Source of the DNA: Mantamonas sphyraenae STR306
Lineage: Eukaryota > Protista > CRuMs
DNA length: 64,000 nucleotides
Assembly: GCA_026936335.1 (NCBI GenBank)
Contig: JAPMXV010000057.1
Location: 1 to 64,000 of the forward strand
Reading direction: 5' to 3'
Shown here: positions 57,741 through 64,000 of the stretch, piece by piece
How positions within the stretch are numbered: the first letter of the stretch is position 1
Layout of the letters: each line of letters begins with the position of its first letter
Position numbers and translations under genes: made by a program
Notes under the pieces: generated by a model
The model's input: only the letters and a program-made list of their open reading frames with translations
Database searches by the model: none
Told to the model about the DNA's origin: nothing

Positions 57741-59006
57741 ATGAGCACCACGACAGGCAGCAGCAACACCACTACCAACCAAGGGGAGGAGATGGACACT
57801 GAACCTGCGTCGCCGCAGCCGCAGCCGCAGCAGCAGCAGCAGCAGCAGCAGAGCGGCGGCGCGACTTGGACGGGCAAACCACTAGCCGAAATCTGGGCTG
57901 GCGCGTGCTTGCCCCTGCGCAACGCCACAGACGCCGCAGTGGCATTTGTCCACGTGCACATGCTTTCCAGCGGGTTTCGATTGCACAGCGTGGGAAAGGG
58001 CAAGAATGCGGTGCAGGCCAGCGAGGATGGTAAGCCGGAATGGGGGAGAGAAGAACACGACGACGGAAAAGGCAGCCAGCGAGCGAGTGAAACACACACA
58101 CACACAGAGGCTCACACACGCACACACTTGCCATCAGAGGTACTGCCACAGGGATGGAACGCAGACGAAGACACGTACACGTTTGTGTACAAACACCGAC
58201 GCAGTGCGCTGGAGTTTACACTGAAGTGTGTGGCCATGAACGGGCGAGTGTTTGTGCACGGCGCGTCGTCGGCACCGTCGGCCAAGTTCCACGAGCTTAC
58301 GCTGGATGTGGAGGAGCTGGTGGGGATGGACATCAGCCAGGAGGTGGTGGCTGTGGACATGGACGGCGTGTTTTCAGACAGCGAGGGGTTTGGCGAGAAG
58401 GTGCTCAGCAACTTGGCGCACCAATTCGTCCCACCCATCAACAGCAGCGGAGAGGAGGAGGACGCAGAGGGCCAAGGAGACGGACATGACGAAGGAGAGG
58501 ATGCACAACAGGCACAACAGGCACAAGAGGAGGAGGAGCAACAGCAACAACAGCAACAGCAGCAACGTCGTGGACGTGATCTGCGTGTGCCTGGTACAGG
58601 ACGACGTGGTGGTGGAGGACGACGTGCAGGCGGAGGAGGATACGATGGAATGATTGACGACACAATGCCAGGTGGGTTTAACCTGGGCATCCCAGCAGCC
58701 ATCGGTCCCGGATTCTCCACCGGAGGCAGCGCCGGTGGTGGCGGCATGTCCATCGGTCCCAACCATCCTGGGTTTGGCGACGTGTATGGAGGTGTGGGCA
58801 TGGGAAGCCGCTCGTCCAACAGCCGTCGGCGACGCAACAGCGAGGACGAAGACGAGGAGAACGTGGGTGGACTGCGTTTGCCCCGTGGGTCCGTCCCTCG
58901 CGGTGCTCGCTTTGATCCATTCATGCCTCCCGGTGCCGGGAGTGGAGGCAGTGGAGGAGGAAGCAGCTGGGGCGATGACGATCCTCCGCCTGGAATGTAC
59001 ATGTGA
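57741..59006 (+). CDS. PSMF1: Proteasome regulator PI31; join(57741..58029,58138..59006)
   Basis: FP domain (FVHVHML..GF, LPQGWN...YTFVY), [18 protein letters not shown]-terminal HbYX MYM. Confidence 0.9.
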   Translation: MSTTTGSSNTTTNQGEEMDTEPASPQPQPQQQQQQQQSGGATWTGKPLAEIWAGACLPLRNATDAAVAFVHVHMLSSGFRLHSVGKGKNAVQASEDGKPEWGREEHDDGKGSQRASETHTHTEAHTRTHLPSEVLPQGWNADEDTYTFVYKHRRSALEFTLKCVAMNGRVFVHGASSAPSAKFHELTLDVEELVGMDISQEVVAVDMDGVFSDSEGFGEKVLSNLAHQFVPPINSSGEEEDAEGQGDGHDEGEDAQQAQQAQEEEEQQQQQQQQQRRGRDLRVPGTGRRGGGGRRAGGGGYDGMIDDTMPGGFNLGIPAAIGPGFSTGGSAGGGGMSIGPNHPGFGDVYGGVGMGSRSSNSRRRRNSEDEDEENVGGLRLPRGSVPRGARFDPFMPPGAGSGGSGGGSSWGDDDPPPGMYM

Positions 59007-59018
59007 GCTGGGTGGCAC

Positions 59019-59653
59019 TCATTTCCATTCACACTTTTCGGCCAGCACAGCGGCCATGCGCTCGAGCCCCTCTGTGTCGATGTCGGTAAACGTGTTCTTG
59101 TGCGGCGAGTCGATGTCGATGATGGCCAGGACGTCCCCAGAGTCCTTGTGGAGCACGGGGACGCAAATCTCCGATTCACTGGCCGAATCACAGGCAATGT
59201 GGCCTGGAAACTCATGCACATCGTCCACACGCAGCGTGGTTTTGTCTGCTGCACATCCTCCAACCACACCCTTGCCCACTTTGATGCGGATGCATGCTGG
59301 CTTGCCCTGGAATGGACCCAGCTTCAGAACGTCGCTCCCGGCCTGGGCGATGTAGAAGCCAGCCCAGTTGACTGCAGGGAGGGGGAACGAGGGGAGTTAA
59401 CAGAGGGACGCACACACACCCACACACCCACACAATACACAATGCATATCCTACCCTTGTCTCCTGTGTCGCCATTGTGCGTCCAGTAGAGGAGCGACGC
59501 GGCGTTGGCCAGATTGGTGACCCAGTTTGTTTCGTCCTCGCAAAACTCGTGCAGTTGCTCGATGAGGTCATCGTACATTTCGGTGGTGCTGCTCTTGTTG
59601 TTTTCCCCAAAGGAGCCCACGGGGTCGTGGTGGCTGTCGTCGTCGCTGCTCAT
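59019..59653 (-). CDS. Free methionine-R-sulfoxide reductase (GAF, fRMsr/MsrC); complement(join(59019..59371,59455..59653))
   Basis: NLANAASLL, spliced VNWAGFY, LGPFQGKPAC, FPGHIACD..S.SEI.VP and IDIDS. Confidence 0.92.
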
Positions 59654-59699
59654 TGGGAAGAGGATTCTTATGCACGTCTGGGGGCAACCAACTCCCACG

Positions 59700-62600
59700 A
59701 TGCAGGAGGAACTCAGTGAAGCTCACGAAGCGTTTGAATCCGATCCATTGGTCAACGGTGAGTAATGGGCAATTGTTGGAGGGTGGACAAGCGAACCCCC
59801 AATGGTGTGACAGGATGGCTGACACGTGCAACCTGTGATGGGTGCCTTTCCCCAACCCCCCCGCTGGTGTTGCACAGACATTGATTTGGTCGACAATGGG
59901 AACAAAATCACATTTACAGTCAATGGCGAAGCCATGGAGCTGGTTGTGAATGCGCCAGGTGAGCTGGAGACGGAGCAGGAGCAAGTTGTGCACTCAAGCC
60001 CTCTGAACAAGCACTTTCGTTAACATTTCTCGTTGCACGCCGGCACGGCACCTCGCACGCTCATCCACACAGGCATTGTGACGGCCAACTACGTGCACGA
60101 GCCATACGTGGCGACGCCATTGGTGGAAATCATCCAGGATGTGCGCAAACGTGCGTTTCGGTGTTCCCACGAATCGGCAACCCCTGGAGGATTCCCAGCG
60201 AATTCCTCACGCAGCCGTTCTTGCACACCTGCGTGTCACTCCGTGGAGGCACACGCATGCGACTGACACGCAGACACACACACACACACCCGCACACGAC
60301 GACCCGCAACACATCATACAGGATACGTGCGCAAGAACCCAGAGGCGGAGAACGGGAGCAGCAGCAGCAGCAACAACAACGGAAACAGCGCTTATCCAAA
60401 CCTGGAGAAGCCATGGAACGAGATGAAGCGACGAGAGAAGCGAAGCTGGGACGCAGAGTGTTGCGTGGTGGCATGCGAGGGATTGGATTGTTTTGCCAGT
60501 GTGCACTTTGAAGGCAATGCGCTCGGGTTCTCCCTGGCATTGGGAGGAGACAAGGGAGTGGCCCATTACAACCTGGTGCTGGAGGACTATCCAGACATGA
60601 GCATGTTGTTTATGCCCGACGGAGACACGTCGTTCTGCACCGGACGCCTGCAGGACTTTCTGCCGCCGCTGATTGCGGATTGGTGCAAGGGTGCGGGTCT
60701 GGACGTGCCTTCCCTGACAGTGCCCACGGAAGCGGACGTGGAGGTGGTGGGTGGCGCGGCCCTGGAGACGGCCGGGTTGAGCGAGCAGAGCACAGGATCG
60801 TACGTGTACAGCGACGACGATGGCGGATTCACGGACGACGACGACAGTTTGGGCTACAACGATTCGCAGGCGTACGCGGATGACGACGACGACGACATGA
60901 TGGTGGGAGGTCTGGGGTACGGGCAGGGTGCGCTGTCGAAGGAGCTGGAACGGGACATTGAAACGGTGCGCAACTTTGACTTTGGGGACAAGAGCACACA
61001 CGTGTCCATCGATCAGGACAAGATCATGGGCACGGTGGCAATCGATCTCATGCTGGATCCGTCGTTTCTGTCGGGCGACGTCGCACAGGCGTGGGGAGTC
61101 AATCTGGGGAGGCCGATTGTGGTGCGCATCACCTGCCACTCGGCGTACTACTTGGGCTCCACCATCTCCAAGAGTGCCAACATCGAATGTTATCAGTACG
61201 AGGAGGAGTTGCAGGGCAGTGTGACCAACTTTGAAAACCAGGAGGCACGCAACAAGTCGCGGCTGGAGGAGCTGCGTGAAGAGGCCGTGCGCCTGCGAGG
61301 CAACAAGCGCACACGACAGGAGTACGAAAGTGTGCAGGAAGAGGCAGACATGTTGGAGGTGGCCATCATGGAGGAACGTACGGCGTTCCTGAAGAAGCGC
61401 TTTGGGCTGAAGGAGCAGTTTGAATCGATCATGGGCGGATTCATCATGCAGTATTGGGGCGAGGATGCACACAAGCGATGCCAGGAGGAGGTGAGTGCGT
61501 GGGTGGCACATGTGAGTGGCATGGACGACGAGGCGGACGACCTGTTTGCCACGAGAATGGTGGAGCAGTTCCGAGGCACAGGTTTGCACATCGACCGCAG
61601 TGCCATGAGCAGCAGCAGCAGCAGCAGCAGTGGCAGCACCAAGAACATGTTTGGTGCTGGCAGCCAAGGCAACAAAGGCAAGGGCAAGGCGAGTGAACGT
61701 GGTGGACGCCCCAAGCTGCAACGGCAATCGTCCAAGAGCCTGGAGGAACTGGATATGAAGGAGGTTGCACAGCTGTCGGAAATGGGCTATGACGAAGAGG
61801 TGGCCATGGCGGCGTTGCGCCTGTGTGACTCTGTGGAGGAGGCGACGACACTGTTGCTGGAGCGGCCGGAGGATGCCATTGCCCTTGTAAACGAGAACTT
61901 GAAGAAGCAGAGCGGAAAGGGAAAGAAGAAGGGCCGCACGGGCATTTCGGGCTTCTTTTCGGGTATCTTTGGTGAGAATGCGCTGGATGAGGACGCGGAT
62001 GTGGAGGATGTGGACGGTGGAGATCTGGACGACGGAGCGTCTGTGAGCGACGGCGGCTGCTTCCTGACGGACATTCTGTTGTATGCATACGCACGATTGC
62101 CGACGATTTCGGACCATTGTGTGATTTGCGACCGGAAGCATCTGTTCCAGAACGGGTCGATGCTGAAGCCGAGCGTGTGTACGCGAGAGCTGTGCTTCTT
62201 TGCGTACCAGCAGTTGGGTGTGATGAAGAGTGCGGCGGACCTTGTGGCGAGTGGCGCAGAGGTTGTGGATCTGCTGGTGAACATGGCACGTGCGGCAGCA
62301 CTGAGCCCGCGCTCAGAGATGATCTTTGATCCGTACCCGACGATTGCGGACAAGGACAACCCGGAGAAGCTTGCGTTTGATCCGAAGAAGAAGGACATGG
62401 CGAAGCTGAAGAAGCTGTTTCAAGACTTCCCGCCGGTGAAGGAGATTGTGAGTGCCAACGACAAGTCGGACATGGAGCGACGTAGCAACCAATTGTCGCC
62501 GTACGTGTTTTCCATGCTGGGCTGGATCCTGTCGAGCAACCGCTCGCACATTGTGCGACTGGACGAAGAGTTGCATCTGCCGACAATGGGTACGCCGCAT

Positions 62601-63128
62601 CAGTTCCTTCTGATGAGCAGTCCGCCAGAGAAGGAGGCCAAGTTTCGGGAGTTGAAGAAGAAATACGGATCGTACTTTGCGTTCCACGGCTCGCCCGTGG
62701 AGAACTGGCACTCCATCATGCGTCACGGTCTGCGCAATGCGTCGGGTACGAAGCTGCAGTTGCATGGCACTGCACACGGCCACGGGGTGTACTTGTCGAC
62801 CATGGCATCGACCTCGTTGAGCTACTCGCGCATCTACAACAGTGGAGGCGGACGCAACACAGGCAAGGGCAAGGACGAGGAACACTACATCGACACGACG
62901 ACGGCCAACTGCCTGGCCATGTGTGAGGTGGCCGACAAGACAGGGAGTATCCGCAAGGATGGGTCGATCCATGTGGCACAGGACGCCGACCTGGTGGTCA
63001 CTCGTTTCTTCTTTGTGTACGACAGCAAAACACCCTTGGGCAATGCGCAGAGTGCAGACACGACGTCGAGTGCGTTCAAGGCGGAGATTGAAAACGCGAT
63101 GAAGCTGCGGGCAGCGAGCACAGAATGA
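59700..63128 (+). CDS. PARP6/PARP8-like mono-ADP-ribosyltransferase with UBA-like domain; join(59700..59757,59878..59958,60073..60150,60322..63128)
   Basis: CVICD...KPSVCTRELC, FAFHGS..ENWHSI...GL.NASGTKLQLHG, GVYLS and VVTRFFFVY; three GT-AG introns keep frame. Confidence 0.9.
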
Positions 63129-63227
63129 GGAGGGGACGATGGTTGTCATGCGTGGTGGAATGAAAGGGATTGGACGTTGGGCGTAGGGCGTTGGTTGGGA
63201 ATTGGGAGGAAAAGAGGGAGAGAGGAA

Positions 63228-64000
63228 ATGGAGACATTGGACGTGAGCCAAAGTCGCGAACGCCAAAGCACCGGAATTTTGCAAATGAGCCTTGTGGAGC
63301 AACCGATGAACGATTCGACCGCCGCGACGGAGGAGCCTGTGCAGCAGGAGACGGTGGAGACGAGCGTGGAAAGCAGCAGCAGCAGCGGAAGCAGCGCGAA
63401 CGGAGGAGGAGGAGGAGGAAACGGAGGTGGATCGGAGGGTCAGACGGAGGGCGAGAACGGGAAGGGCTCGCAGGGAGAGGAGGGCAACCAACAGAAGGGA
63501 GAGAAGCAGGAGGGAGGCAAGAACGGAAAGAAGAACAAGGCTCGCAAGCGCAAGGACGACCTGAACCTGGATGGCCTGAGTTTGGAGGAGATTCAGAAAC
63601 GCCGAGCCGACTTGCCGATGCTGGTGAAGCCGGATGAGCGCCAGTTCAAGGCGGAGGTGGCAGACATCAACGAGAAGATTGCAGATGCGCAGCGACAGCT
63701 GGTAGGTGCAGAGGATGGGCAGGAAGTGGGCACAGAGGGATGTGTGTGCAGGGCGTGGGGGGTGAAAAGAGAGGGCGTGCATGGAGGGCCCGAAAAAACT
63801 GACGCCGAAACGCCGAAACCACCGGGGGCCGCGGGGCTTTTCTTTGCAGAACGAAATCCAGGACACGCTGCGTGAGAAGGACCTGCTGAAGCAGCAGGTG
63901 TTTGGCGAGGCGGAGGGAGTGCGTGCGGCGCTGGAGGAGCTGCGGGCTCAGGTGACGGCCAAGTTCCAGCAGAAGAAGAAGCTGCAGGGGATTTTGGACG
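63228..64000 (+). CDS. Coiled-coil protein (possibly BFR1-like), truncated by the window end; join(63228..63701,63850..>64000)
   Basis: GTAGGT...CAG phase-0 intron; KPDE..FK.E...I...I heptad pattern. Confidence 0.55.

Noticed and set aside
1-64000. tRNA or rRNA genes
   Set aside because: No cloverleaf or rRNA-like sequence recognised, and intergenic gaps are mostly too short; not verified with tRNAscan.

Overview
This is the left end of a eukaryotic chromosome: a (CCCTAA)n telomere at 1-175, followed by a very gene-dense, GC-rich genome with short GT-AG introns. The host is probably a flagellated protist (LRRC9 is present); I cannot identify the taxon. About 24 host genes are readable, including COQ3, an adrenodoxin-type ferredoxin, a Rieske protein, a SET methyltransferase, RRN7/TAF1B, LRRC9, NCX, a thioesterase, a herpes-tegument-like deubiquitinase, a Kelch/VWD/CBM surface protein, DBP4/DDX10, POLD4, coronin-7, a PH-FYVE protein, PPIH, PI31, fRMsr and a PARP6/8-like enzyme. 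The standout is an ~8.15-kb mobile element at 42049-50190, inserted between the stop codons of two convergent host genes. It is bounded by a perfect 14-bp direct repeat (TGAATGGAAACCAG) rather than the TA duplication and TIRs expected for its transposase. It encodes an intact IS630/Tc1-mariner DD34E transposase. It also encodes a very large spliced unit whose N-terminus has USP-type deubiquitinase Cys and His boxes and whose C-terminus is a Fanzor/TnpB RuvC nuclease with all three catalytic acidic residues; the two halves are separated by one -1 frame break. A structured ~105-nt candidate omegaRNA scaffold follows and runs directly into the duplicated target. The element also carries an antisense 50-nt piece (43/50 identical) of the telomere-adjacent repeat gene. 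All domain calls are from motif recognition by eye, with no database searches.
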